64,000 bases of DNA, from the NCBI RefSeq assembly GCF_963506605.1, contig NC_083277.1:57970001-58034000 (forward strand). The letters run 5' to 3'. The stretch comes from Zootoca vivipara. Its lineage: Eukaryota. The stretch's first letter is position 1. Each line of letters opens with the position of its first letter. The notes beneath the pieces were generated by a model that was not told where the DNA came from, made no database searches, and was given only the letters and a program-made list of their open reading frames with translations. A program made the translations under genes and the position numbers. Below are positions 51,345 through 62,797 of this stretch, in pieces.

Positions 51345-51408
51345 CCTTTTGTAAGCGGGTGGAGCATCTTCTGGAGCATCAACCATGTTCTCATCCAGGG
51401 AGTTCAGG
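51345..51408 (-). CDS. CDHR2: CDHR2 cytoplasmic exon (LNSLDENMVDAPEDAPPAYKR)
   Basis: SLNSLDEN motif, acceptor ttacag, donor gtgagg. Confidence 0.88.
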
Positions 51409-51739
51409 CTGTAAAGAGAAAGCAGCATGGGCTGATCTGAGAACTCTTTGTCATCCCTAGCTGCCAGTCTCCAGGCCCCCACCAACTAGAGCCAGGGATG
51501 TGAAGTGAGGGGAACAGAGGTTCGCAAAGTGGTGGCCCTGCCTTACGTGGTTAGTCATTCTAAATATTACAATGGGTGTGTGGCCAACTCAGATCTTTGG
51601 CAGCAGTCCCATGGCAAATGTGACCTTTGGGGCAATGCATGAAAGAGGGCCTTTGGAGGGCAAGTCAGTTTCATTCATTCAGTCATGACCTGGTTGGTAC
51701 ACAGGAGGCGAGACTGAAAGGCAGGATTCGTAGGCATAC

Positions 51740-51814
51740 CTGGCCACTTCAGAGCTGGTGTTTTCCTCCAGGTCCAGGGAGGGGTACAAGGAGAAACCAA
51801 GCACCGGGTTAGCC
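51740..51814 (-). CDS. CDHR2: CDHR2 cytoplasmic exon (ANPVLGFSLYPSLDLEENTSSEVA)
   Basis: Acceptor cctcag, donor gtatgc, phase 2/2. Confidence 0.88.
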
Positions 51815-52406
51815 CTGAGGAAGAATAGTCCAGTGGTGAGTTTCTTAATCACTACAAATTCAGCCCATCAGAATCTTATCATGCAGCTGACTAGACAGCA
51901 CAGAATGCCAGACCGGGGGGAGGGGGGACCACAAGACCACTCAGTGCAACAAAATCACATGCAATGCATAATTGATAACAATTGTCAGCGTGATGCACAC
52001 AGTGCAGCAACAGCCTTGTGGTGTTGCACAAAATGTGTATCACCTACAGTCAAGGCTATCTACAGCTTCCGCCTTAATTTTGCTTACCCATGTACAGCAG
52101 AGTTTGACACTTCAAAGAAGGAAATTCACTAGTAACTGGCTAAAAATATGGATACCACAGATCAATCCTTTTCTGAATTTGTCTGGAGATGCTGGACATA
52201 CTTCTGTCATAATTGCAAATTCAGTACAGGACCAGTTCAGCACATGGGAGTTTAAAAACACAAATTTGAATAACTAAAGGGTGTGGGGCCTACCAGGAGG
52301 CAGGCAGGCAGGCGCTTACGTTTCTTCCTGATTTTGCCCCTCCACAGGTCAGTCCAGGATACACCCCTTTTACTAGGGCAAACCTTACCCCACCCGAAAA
52401 GCATAC

Positions 52407-52520
52407 CCTTCTGCGTTGTATTTGTTGGTCCCAGGGATAGCAGGCCCCTGTACCACGTCGCCAGGTGAGAACTTTGAAGCCACCTTCAGGGCTTTTAAGG
52501 CTTTCAGCTTCCTCCCATAA
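52407..52520 (-). CDS. CDHR2: CDHR2 cytoplasmic exon (YGRKLKALKA...GPAIPGTNKYNAE)
   Basis: Conserved PAIPGTN motif, acceptor ttgcag, donor gtatgc. Confidence 0.92.
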
Positions 52521-53235
52521 CTGCAAAAAGAAATGAGAAAGGAGAGTGAGCAACCTAAGATAGCCCTGCTGGAGAAGACCAAAGGCCTATTGAGCCCAGC
52601 ATCCTCTTCCCACAATGGGCAACCAGATCCCCATGGGAAGCCCTCAAGTAGGGCATGGCCAACACTCCCATCACACATGATCTCCAACAGCTAGTAGTTA
52701 GAGGCACTCTCCCTCTGCAAGTAGTACTTAGCCATCATGGCTGCTGGTCAGGCCAGGGAACATGCTGCCCTACCATGAGAATCCCACAAAACCAAGCAGA
52801 ATGGTGGAACCACGTGAGGGATGCAGGCTATGCTGGCTTTTGGGAAGGTGCTGATGCAGTGCAGCATGCGTACATACATACATACATACATACATACAGA
52901 ATTTCATTTGTATGTCGCCTTTCCACAGTTAAAGCCATGCTCAAGTGGCTTACAACATGAAAAAATACATAATTACATAGCAAACACCACAAACAATCGC
53001 ACAACCAAATTGAAACCATTTCCACACAAATCATAACATGAAATAAAGAGACAAAAAAACCCAGCAGCAACAGCAACAACCCTGTCTCCCCCCCCCCACA
53101 CACACAGAAAAGCCCTTAATAATACACCAGCCCCATTTTTGTTGAGTGTGCAGAAACAAATAGAGGCAGCGTTGAACCAGCTGCAGCAAGTACATTCGTA
53201 TACCTGCCGTAAAAAGGGGAGGGGCACTTTTGTAC

Positions 53236-53360
53236 CTTTTTCTCATGCCTATTATTATCAGGAGCATGACGATGAGGATAAGAAGAGCAGCCACAGCCAG
53301 CCCTGCAATGACAGCGAACAGCTCATTCTCCTTGTTGGACTGCGTCACCTCCACCGGGCC
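53236..53360 (-). CDS. CDHR2: CDHR2 transmembrane exon (LFAVIAGLAVAALLILIVMLLIIIG-MRK)
   Basis: Hydrophobic helix followed by basic residues, acceptor cccag, donor gtacaa. Confidence 0.9.
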
Positions 53361-53764
53361 CTGGGATACACAAGAGTGTCACTACACTGGCTCAGCAAGC
53401 GCCCGTGTCTACAACATGATGTTTCAGTTATGCCCTGGCTACAGCCTCAGTGCACACAGCCTCTCTCTATGCCAGTCCCAGCTGTGGTGCAAGATTGGTT
53501 TCCAGCGTGCCATTCTGCCAGGGTGCCTGCTTCTCCACCAGCATTGGCTCCAGCCACACCATCTTTCCCATGGCCATCTCACTTGCCCTGGCAAGGCAGA
53601 GCTTGCTGTCCTGCCAGGGGCACACACCAAGCCTCTGATGTACCCATCCCGACAGAGCTCTCCTGTTTGAGCTTTGACAAACCCCACCGCCGCCACCTTA
53701 CTTCAGAGGAACCCTAGAGCTGCTCCTCAGTGTTTGGGAGTAGGAGCAGGAAATGTGCACTCAC

Positions 53765-53825
53765 AATGATGGATAGGCCAAGCTTGAGCAACCGAGAGAG
53801 TTCCTCAGGGTTTCTCTGGATGAGT
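53765..53825 (-). CDS. CDHR2: CDHR2 exon (LIQRNPEELSRLLKLGLSII)
   Basis: Acceptor ttccag, donor gtgagt. Confidence 0.9.
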
Positions 53826-53877
53826 CTGGAAAGAAGACAGAAAGGTATCCATGAAGTGTTCAGGACAGGCTCCTTGG

Positions 53878-54190
53878 GATATAAGAAGCCCTGCTGGATC
53901 AGGCCAAAGGCCCATTCAGTCCAGCATCCTGTTCTCACAGGGATCAACCAAATGCTCATAAGAAACCCACAAGCAGGAGAATGACAATGAGTTCAACAGG
54001 ACTCCCCCTCTCCCTACTTGGGATTCCTAGCAACTGGTATAAAGAGGTCTGTTGCATCTGACAGTTGAAATGGAACACAGCCATTGGGGTGGCTAGTAAT
54101 AGCCTTATACTGATATCCTTAACCTCCATGAATTTGGCTAATCATGCTTCTTTAAAGCCATCCAAATTGGTGGCCATCACTACATCCCGA
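53878..54190 (-). mobile_element. Older CR1-type 3' fragment
   Basis: ataagaagccctgctggatcaggccaaaggccc...taaagccatccaaattggtggccatcac. Related pieces near 16400-16580 and 52555-52745. Confidence 0.7.
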
Positions 54191-54562
54191 GGAGAACCTT
54201 TCCCCACGATTCAAGTTACAGGGAGTTGGGGGCAGAGGGAGCATGGCCTCTTAACTACTGATTTTAGAAGATCTAGGGCAGGCTATGATTTCATTCAAGC
54301 TGGGTTTAAGTCAGAGGGGGTCAGCCATCCTTACCTTTCCCCTCATAATTCAAACACTTCCTTGCCATGCAAACTTCTGCCAGAGCAGATGCACATTTCC
54401 CCTTTCTGATGCTCCCCTCTTTCCTCTTACCTGTGCTCTTAAGCTCAGCCTTCCCTAACCTGGCACTCTCCAGATATTTTGCACTTCAACTCCCATCAGC
54501 CCCAGCTAGTCTGGCAAATGGTCAGGGATGGTGGGATATATTTTAGACTACAATGCTTTAGT

Positions 54563-54888
54563 GGGATGCGGGTGGCGGTGTGGGTTAAACCACAGAGCCT
54601 AGGGCTTGCCGATCAGAAGGTTGGTGGTTTGAATCCCTGTTTGGTCCCAGCTCCTGCCAACCTAGCAGTTGGAAAGCACCTCAAAGTGCAAGTAGATAAA
54701 TAGGCAGGAAGGTAAACGGCCTTTCCGTGCGCTGCTCTGGTTCACCAGAAGCAGCTTTGTCATGCTGGCCACATGACCTGGAAGCTGTACACTGGCTCCC
54801 TTGGCCAATGAAGCGAGATGAGCGCCACAACCCCAGAGTCATCCACGACTGGACCTGATGGTCAGGGGTCCCTTTACCTTTACGTTTT
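54563..54888 (+). mobile_element. Sauria SINE inserted into a palindromic MITE
   Basis: gggatgcgggtggcggtgtgggttaaacc head, ACCTTT tail, TSD TACAATGCTTTA. Confidence 0.92.
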
Positions 54889-54986
54889 TACAATGCTTTA
54901 ATCTGGAGAGTACCAGGTTGGGGAAGGCCACACTGACCTTTGCCTAGGCTCCTCAGCCCAGCCCAGCTCCGTGATGCGTCACTTAC

Positions 54987-55064
54987 GTGCGTACTTCTCC
55001 GGGCATCAGAGCTGTGCCATTGCTATAGACAAAATAGGCCTCCATTGCTGTCTTCGCCACAGCC
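54987..55064 (-). CDS. CDHR2: CDHR2 exon (AVAKTAMEAYFVYSNGTAL...)
   Basis: Acceptor ccctag, donor gtaagt, AYFVxxNGxAL motif. Confidence 0.9.
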
Positions 55065-55522
55065 CTAGGGGAGTTGAGACGGTGATGTGTAAGATGGACA
55101 TGTGTGGGAATGGGGAAGGGGTATTGCCAGAAGCCCCTTCCTAGACCTTTGACTGATCAAAGAGCCAGCCCCCAGGAAATTATTGGGTAACCCAACTGGC
55201 TTTGCAAACACAGCCAACCCCTGATGAATCAGCACTACAGAGTCAACAACATCATCTCTCACGCTGGCTACATGCAACCTCAGTGCTTGGTACCTCAAGG
55301 AAGACATGAATCCTCAAATATTCTTTACCCCTCTCCATTTACTCTACAAACATTCAAGCACACTTCCGACCAGCACCATACAGCCACACTGGCTGATGCC
55401 TGTGGCCAGCCATAGATGCAAGAAGCATCACAAATACTTCCCCCTTCATTCATGCTTCTCAGGCACTACTGTCTTCCCTTTAACTTCACTCATTTCCTTT
55501 CATCTTGTTCTGTCTCAGTAAC

Positions 55523-55606
55523 CTGTCAGATCTGGAGCTCCCAGAATCCTCGACGGACTTGATGTTTGCTACATAGACTGTTGCTTGGGTAGCTCTACTC
55601 AGAGCC
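55523..55606 (-). CDS. CDHR2: CDHR2 exon (ALSRATQATVYVANIKS...)
   Basis: Acceptor ttccag. Weak donor cag|gttact, phase-compatible. Confidence 0.8.
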
Positions 55607-55925
55607 CTGGAAGAAGCACAGAAAATGAGTGTCTCTAAGTGTCTCTTTAACTTCATGTTCAGGGATCGGCTCCTCTGTGGTGCATGGCCTGCTCTGCAGC
55701 CTTGGGCATGAGATAGTAATGGTGCCAGTAAGTTTCAGAATCCGGCTTTAGATCTGAAAACATTAGCAGAATAGGAATTGTTAGCACACCCAAAGCCCTC
55801 AGTTTTTAATTGTATTTGCAGTGCTTCTTTCCTTTCTTATGTTGTATTTTCCATGGAATTCAAATTGCAATACAATAGATATGTCCCTGGATCAACCCAC
55901 TGAAGGGAAGGGAAAGATGCCATAC

Positions 55926-56014
55926 ACATTGATTTCACCCGAGTTAGACTGCACGTCCTGCAAGGAGGAATCAAACACCAGCCGGACACGGTAGCTCTGG
56001 TCGACAGTGTAGAT
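55926..56014 (-). CDS. CDHR2: CDHR2 exon (IYTVDQSYRVRLVF...)
   Basis: Acceptor ctccag, donor gtatgg, TVDQSYR motif as in CDHR2. Confidence 0.88.
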
Positions 56015-56109
56015 CTGGAGAAAGAGAGAGGCAAATGTTCTCAGAAGAAAGCCATGGTGGAATGTCTGCATTGCGAAAGGAATCTGGGTAGATCAGAAAG
56101 CTGCCTTAC

Positions 56110-56212
56110 GTCCAGTGATACTGAGGAATACAGTGGAGGGTTCCCGTGGTCTTTGGCTTCTACTGTCACCCGATACTGACCCTTCAATGAACTGTCAAGG
56201 CTGCTGGCAACT
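56110..56212 (-). CDS. CDHR2: CDHR2 exon (VASSLDSSLKGQYRVTVEAKDHGNPPL...)
   Basis: Acceptor ctccag, donor gtaagg, AxDxGxPxL motif. Confidence 0.92.
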
Positions 56213-56689
56213 CTGGAGAAACAGAGCAATTGATATCAGAGGGACTGAGAGTTCCTGATCCCAGAGTCTGTACAGGGACAGACCAGCCCCTAGTTCCACA
56301 ATGCCCTGTCTGTGCATGTGGCCCTTAGGACACTGCTCCAAGCTTGGGGATAGATCACAGGGAGACCAGATAAAACATGTACTAAACTGGAATTTATAGA
56401 GAAGTATTAGACCCCGAACAGGAGAAAGTGAGAGGCTAGTGTTAAGCTACCTATTTTGCTATCACTGTCTGTGCTGAGAAGCAACACTCTCTTTCTAAAT
56501 AGGATGACAGGAGTATAGCTGCATTGGTCATGCTCAAGCTATTATCAGAATTTCCCCAAGATCAAATGACAGGCAATGCTACACTTTCCTCTTGGCTTCC
56601 ATTCTTCCTGGATTTTCTCTCCCTGCCAATATAGTGACCACCATTGTGTTCTCCACAAAGCTCCCAGACAACAAAACCCCATCAATTAC

Positions 56690-56841
56690 TGGATGCTCCC
56701 AATGTAGAGGTCCTTCTCTGCTGTTGTCACCACTTTGAAAAGATTTTCACGGATCTGCTCGGGTCCTTTGTCTGGGATGAAAAGTACCCTGGAGATGGCA
56801 AATGAAATCACACTGTTCACACCCGAATCAGCATCATTAGC
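56690..56841 (-). CDS. CDHR2: CDHR2 exon (ANDADSGVNSVISF...YIGSI)
   Basis: Acceptor ttccag, donor gtaatt. Confidence 0.9.
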
Positions 56842-56950
56842 CTGGAAGGAGAAGGAAGAGGACACTATTGTTGCTGCTTCTTTGAACTACCCCACATCAC
56901 ATAGCCTGTGGGAACTAGGAGCCAGTTCCCACCACAAGGAAGAAGCTGTG

Positions 56951-57268
56951 TGAATTGTAGGTGGGTTCCCACGAGGCAAGACACAGTGATAACAGCAAGA
57001 ACCTTTATTGAACTACATAACTGGGAAACGGGCAGAGCAACTGCTTATATACATTCCTGAAACCCTGGGCCACTCCCACTCCCAACATGATTGGCTGTCT
57101 AAACTTCCAAGCTGCGAATCACGACTCAGAGTTCAAGGGCCAATGGCAGAGGCCCAAATCCTGAAATGTTCTGTGATTGGACATCATGTATTGAATCAGA
57201 ACACAGGAGCTCAGAATCCTTAGTCCAGACTCAAGCTCAGGCAAACACGGACCACTGAATACATAACA
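56951..57268 (-). mobile_element. Solo LTR, copy 2, in a CDHR2 intron
   Basis: TG...CA ends and perfect 5-bp TSD CTGTG. Confidence 0.85.
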
Positions 57269-57329
57269 CTGTGTACCCAAATGAGTATACACCCATACAC
57301 ACATGTGCCCCAACATTGCATTCTCTCAC

Positions 57330-57379
57330 CTTGACCACAGCCACCTGCAGGTCCACAGGAGAGACTTCTGGGATTATCA
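57330..57379 (-). CDS. CDHR2: CDHR2 exon (IIPEVSPVDLQVAVVK)
   Basis: Acceptor ttgcag, donor gtgaga, phase 1/0. Confidence 0.88.
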
Positions 57380-57805
57380 CTGCAATAAAACACCAGATAC
57401 AGATCAAAGAATGGGTGCCACATGCTGGACATACTGTACTGTAGGTCTTTCCTAGGAGCTTGCTCTCACTTCTAGCTCCAGCTTCCTTTGTCCTGGTTAA
57501 TGTTAGACAGGAAGGCAACCAACTGCTCCTCCCTTAACAATTGATTGGGGAAGATTGGCTATTTGACACTACTGGAGGAGGAAAGGATACCCTTCTGATG
57601 GAAGAAGGAGCTTTCCGAGAGCTACAATTGCTTATAATTCATTAGGGGGGGGCTCCAATTGTCTCAGCCCCAAAGATCAGGCAAGAGGAATTTATTTCAA
57701 AAGCTGGAGTAGAATCTGTGATGCAGTCTCTCATACACCACCATCTACCCATCTATCCATTAGGGGGCAGTAGCGGCACATTTCTCTTGCATATATTGCT
57801 CTCAC

Positions 57806-57877
57806 CAAAGGTGGTGGTGCTTTCTTCAAACACTGGTGGGTTGTCATTCACATCAGTGATTAAGATTCTCAGGGTCT
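57806..57877 (-). CDS. CDHR2: CDHR2 exon (TLRILITDVNDNPPVFEESTTTF)
   Basis: DVNDNPP motif, acceptor ctgcag, donor gtgaga. Confidence 0.92.
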
Positions 57878-58134
57878 CTGCAGGAAGAAGAAAAAGCACA
57901 ACAGAGGAGGCACTAGTTACTGACTGAAGTGGCTCTGCAGACTCCACCCTGCTCCCAGTGAGGAACACAATACTGTATCACCTATCAAGGTTTGTCTCTC
58001 AAGTCCTTCGACAAACAGCCCATTCACATACCGGTAGCTTACTAAATTAGTTCACTGTTCTGTTGCCTCCATTCCACAGTGCTAAGGAACCTCCAGCTGT
58101 GAAGATGCTGGGGCCAGATTAGCGATGACAAAGT

Positions 58135-58285
58135 AGGGAAGTTTAGGGAAGTTTTTAATTTGTGATATTTGATGTATTTTAATGTTTGTTGGAAGCCGCC
58201 CAGAGTGGCAGGGAAAGCCCAGTCAGATGGGCGGGGTATAAATAATAAATTATTATTGTTATTAATTATTATTATTATTATTATT
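58135..58285 (+). mobile_element. L2 3' end with (TAT)n tail
   Basis: Near-identical to 1210-1360. Confidence 0.8.
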
Positions 58286-58908
58286 TCACCCATGCTTTCC
58301 CCTCTAAAACAGGTTCTCTACAGCCATATCTCTCCCAGTGGGCCTCCCGAACCACTCCCTGCTGGGAGAAAAATGGCTGCAGATAAAAGATTATTTGGGG
58401 TCGGGAGGAGGAGAACTGCAGGTGGTGAAAATTCAGCCCCTCCCCCTCCATAATCCCCTTTCCCCCCCCAGTCTAGGACCCTGTGATTTATTTAAAAAAA
58501 CAAAAAACCAGCAGAACACAGGTTGAGTTGTTGTGCCACCATCACACTTGGTAGTTGTTTCCTGATGTAATGACATGATTTTTTTATTTTTTTAAGTCAA
58601 CTGTGCAACAAGGTAGATGAGACTCTGGAAAGTTTGCCCAGGTACAAACTTTCTATTCCACTGACTCATTTCCTTCAGCAGCTTTTCTATATACAAAGCA
58701 CACTGCCTGTGAGGGGAAGGCTGGGATTGGAGCATATGGTATTTCCATTACCCAACAAGGATGGCTCCCTGAAGCATCTCCAGCTAGGACCTAATGCTAC
58801 ATCCTAGCAACAAAGAGAAAGTAGGACTGATGGAGAAAAGGAAGCAAGCTGTAAAGCTCTCAAGATTCGGAGGGGATGCAGAACCAAGTCTTCACCCTAA
58901 TGTCTTAC

Positions 58909-59523
58909 CATTTCCACTGAAGGGGTCTCCCTTCTCAGTGAACTCATCCTTAACACGCAATGTGAGCTCCACCAGGTCACAGGCCTCATAGTCTATCTGC
59001 GAACTATTCACAAAAATTGAGCCATTGGGCTCCAGAAGGAACCACTCCTGACACACATTGCCCACGTTGACTGAACGATTGAAGCAGGCTACAGCTAACT
59101 CCTGGAATACCAGTGAGTGGTTGGTGTCCACGTCGGTGGCATTTAGCGTGACAACTAACTCATGCAAAGTGACGTTCTCCAAAACTTCAATGTCTCGTGG
59201 TGGAGATGGCTCAATGGTTGGGGACTCGTCGTTGACATCCAGCACGTTCACCCTCACCACAGCAGTGTCAGCATTCACAGCCCCCCCAAAGTCTGAATTT
59301 TCCGCCTGCACGGTCAGATTGAAGAACTTCTGCTGCAGCCGATCATAGTCAAGAGCAACATCGGAGTCCAGACTCAAGCTCCCCTGGTACCAGCCAGAGC
59401 CAAGGCGATTCGAACGCACCATAAAGTTATTTGAACCTGTGCTGCTTACAATGTAGAATGAGATGCGGTTGTTTATCTCTGTTTGATCAGCATCGGTAGC
59501 CTCCACACTCCCCACAAAGACTC
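58909..59523 (-). CDS. CDHR2: CDHR2 large exon (VFVGSVEATDAD...DVNDESP...IDYEAC...DPFSGN)
   Basis: 615 nt open frame with two cadherin repeats, acceptor ctccag, donor gtaaga. Confidence 0.93.
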
Positions 59524-60242
59524 CTGGAGATGGAAGGTTAGTTAGAAAGAATAACATTTTCACCACATTGCCGCAGCCCCACAGATCTTAAAAATCAATG
59601 CAGCCTCTACACTTCTAATGCTCATGAAAAACAACACTTCCTAACTAGGAAATGTAATTATATGCTTCCTGTTTAAAGCCTTGCCACACCTTGTCACTGC
59701 TAATCAGTGCAATAAATACTACAAATCACTGGTAAAACATCTGTTTTAGTAAGTATAATTTTTTCCCCTTCAAATTTCTACAAATGAATGATAATTTCTA
59801 ATTTCCTAAGGAAATCCCACTCTGCCAAAGGAACCAAAAGTTATCATTCATCTGTAAGAACTTGAAAAAGACTGCTTGCCAAAACAGACAATGTTTTTTG
59901 TATATGGTTGAAAACCTATTAGTACAATGCAGGTATTATTTAGATATAAGTTGGGTCCCCCTATTTGTTGTGCATACTATTATTGTCAACAGAGGCAGAT
60001 TTAAGGGAGAGCGACCGGTTTGGGCGCACTGAGTGCAGAGCCTCAGAATGCCTCAGGGGGCACCACAACTATGATGTAGAATGGAAGGGAGGGCACCAAA
60101 TTTTGGCACTGCATAGGGGGCTGCTGAAATTTAAGACCCCAAGGTCCACCACTGTTGCCACTCTCTTGTTGCATCATGTTGTTGTCCCAGGTTAATCCTA
60201 GTTCCTTTCCACTCTGGACTAAAGATCACTGGCTCACCGTAC

Positions 60243-60312
60243 CTTGCAAGCCCTCTGGAACGGAAAATTCATAAAAGGAGCTGTTGAATCTGGGTGCGTT
60301 GTCATTTATGTC
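60243..60312 (-). CDS. CDHR2: CDHR2 exon (DINDNAPRFNSSFYEFSVPEGLQ)
   Basis: Acceptor ctttag. Donor gtacgg chosen for phase compatibility. Confidence 0.88.
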
Positions 60313-60368
60313 CTAAAGAGAAAAGGGGGAAACTGGTAATGGGGCCATTCCACATCCAAGCATCCACT

Positions 60369-60550
60369 TAGGGCTGTAGCTCAGTGATAGACTATCTGCC
60401 TTGCATGCAGAAGGTCTCAGGTTGAATTCCCCGGCATCTCCAAGGAGCGCTGAGAGAGAACCCTGCCTGAACCCCTGGAGAGCTGCTGCCACACAGAGCT
60501 CAATGGACCAAAAATTTGATTCAGTAGAAGGCAGCTTCATCTGTATGTTT
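60369..60550 (+). mobile_element. tRNA(Ala)-headed SINE
   Basis: gggctgtagctcagtgatagac...ttgcatgcagaaggtc head followed by a non-tRNA body. Confidence 0.8.
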
Positions 60551-60835
60551 CTCTGTACTCAAGATAATATAGGGCATCCTCGCAGCAATGACAGAGCTAG
60601 CTGCAGGAGAATGTAGTGGGGCTATCACATCCTCTAAATAAGCAGGGATGACCCTGTTTCTGAGACCCCAATACAATGGGTTAGCCATCTGCCACAAAAC
60701 ACACATTCTTAGGGTGCCTGTTTCCATCACCGACAGACACTCTGGAACCTGGCTCAGCTTACCTGAGCAGGGCCTAGGGTCCCTCTTTATGCATGAGTCT
60801 CCTTTTTCCAGAGCCCTGACTGGGTGCACCATTAC

Positions 60836-61075
60836 CTCCACGATGAAGGTGACGTTCACTGTGTCGTTCAACTGAGGGATGCCCAAGTCATGCACAAGGA
60901 CTGTCACCACCATCTTGCCCTCCAGCTGTGCAGGGATGGCTTCTCGGTCCAAGGGCCCTTTACTGCTCAGCACTCCTGTGCTTGGGTCGATAGTGAAGTA
61001 GCTGCTGAATTCACCAGGCACAATCTCAAACTGCAAGCGGCTATTATTGGTCTCTGGATCATCCTGGTCGGTGGC
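60836..61075 (-). CDS. CDHR2: CDHR2 exon (ATDQDDPE...PLDRE...TFIVE)
   Basis: Acceptor cccag, donor gtaatg, 240 nt. Confidence 0.92.
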
Positions 61076-61332
61076 CTGGGAAGTGAGTTGAGGGAATTTT
61101 CAGCCAACAATGAGAAGAAGTAAGATCCTGCTTGCTTAAGCCAAACGGGAAGTGTGGATGAGTCCTAAGTGTGAAGGTGTCTCCTGCTACATAAACTTTC
61201 AGGTGCATGTACTAGGAGTAAGTAATTACTTGTTGTCCTACGAGTAAATCATGCCAGGGTTACAGCTGCCTAATTTGGAAAGAAGCCCAATGCCCAGGTC
61301 CAATAAAGGGGGAAATGTTGCTTTGAAATTAC

Positions 61333-61573
61333 CTGGATCTGGACACGGGTGTCCTGGCCCTCCGTGACAAAGACATTGTAGGAACCCACCACAACTGGAG
61401 GGTTGTTGTTGATGTCAACTACTGTGATCTCCAACTGTGTGGATCCAGACAGACCACCCCCATCCACTGCCTGCAAAGTGGCATAATAGACAGAACGCTT
61501 CCCCCAATCCAGATTAGAGCCATCCGCCACTAGCACTGCCCCGCTTGTTGCATTCACTGTGAACGTGGAATGG
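61333..61573 (-). CDS. CDHR2: CDHR2 exon (HSTFTVNATSG...DINNNPP...VQIQ)
   Basis: Acceptor atgcag, donor gtaatt, phase 2/0. Confidence 0.92.
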
Positions 61574-61701
61574 CTGCATAACAGAGAAAAGACACAACCT
61601 TAGTTTTGAGATGTTGTAATTCTCGCCCAGCAAAAGTAGGCCTACACCACAATGCTCTCCTTGTTCCTCCCACTGTTTCTCTAGCAATCACATGTACATA
61701 C

Positions 61702-61763
61702 ATGCTCTGAGGAAGCAGATAGTAGGTGATCTCTCCATACTTTCCACTGTCTGGATCAGTAGC
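61702..61763 (-). CDS. CDHR2: CDHR2 exon (ATDPDSGKYGEITYYLLPQS)
   Basis: Acceptor ctgcag, donor gtatgt, AxDxD motif. Confidence 0.9.
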
Positions 61764-61967
61764 CTGCAGAAAGCAGAAGGATCAAACTGACTGTTATTTT
61801 TGTTAATTGACTTCCCCATTGGGGATGTGAAGCCCAAGATGCATGCTTCTCAACATGGCCGTGAAGCACCTGGCCACATCACAGAGAATAGGGTCCTTCT
61901 GATCACACAGACGGAGAGCTCTCTGCCCCCACCTCCTGGTCCCAAGGCAGCTGCGGAACTTGCTTAC

Positions 61968-62135
61968 TGTGATGTTAGAGGAGATAACGGTGCCAGGTGG
62001 ACTCTCCTCCAGTACGAAAAGTTTGTACTCGCTCTGGTTGAACTCAGGTCTGTGGTCATTGGTATCCGTGAGATTGATGGTGACCATGGCAAAGGAGCAG
62101 CAATCAGTATCCCTTCCAGTGTCATTTGCTACAAT
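61968..62135 (-). CDS. CDHR2: CDHR2 exon (IVANDTG...DTNDHRPEF...SNIT)
   Basis: Acceptor ggcag, donor gtaagc, 168 nt. Confidence 0.92.
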
Positions 62136-62641
62136 CTGCCAGGATTAGAAGGAGCCAAGTAAACCTCAGCCCAAGCATGGTCATGGTCATGGGGGCAGAA
62201 GTGGCTTCAGAGTGACTCTTACTAATCTTCATGCTGCCGCTTTTTGTGGGAAGGATCTAAACAGGGTCTTCTGGGCTTCAAAGGCTGTCTACATTGTGGG
62301 CCTATTTCCTTGGCAGTCAGCCAAGGTATAATAGGATGCTCATACTTGATGAGAATCCAGAGCTGTTGGGGATGCTTTGATTCTACAAGAAGATGGTCAG
62401 TCACACAGTGCTAACCACACAGTTCCCACACAGGCTGACAGCTTCGGGCTGAGCAGACAGCAGAATGAAGTCCTTTTAAAGCTACCTTCTGGGCTGCCTG
62501 ATCATAATCCTCATTTAGATCTTCTACTCTTAAATGGCCTAGAAGGAGATTCAGTTACTTTTAGGGAACAAACTGCTGAGTTAAGATCCCAGCTCTTGGC
62601 AGGAAGGGAATGGAACTCCCCCTGACCCTTGTTTCACTCAC

Positions 62642-62797
62642 CTCCACGGTCATAGTAGGTGTCTTTTCGTAGTCCACAAGACTTGAATTGCTTACAAGGA
62701 CCTGCACGGTGCCTTCATTCACGATTTTCTGGGGTGAGACTGAAAATGCAAATGCATCTGGACCCCGCAGGGACAGCTGGAAGGTACCATTGGAGCC
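62642..62797 (-). CDS. CDHR2: CDHR2 exon (GSNGTFQLSL...LVDYEKTPTMTVE)
   Basis: Acceptor aacag, donor gtgagt, VDYE motif. Confidence 0.9.
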
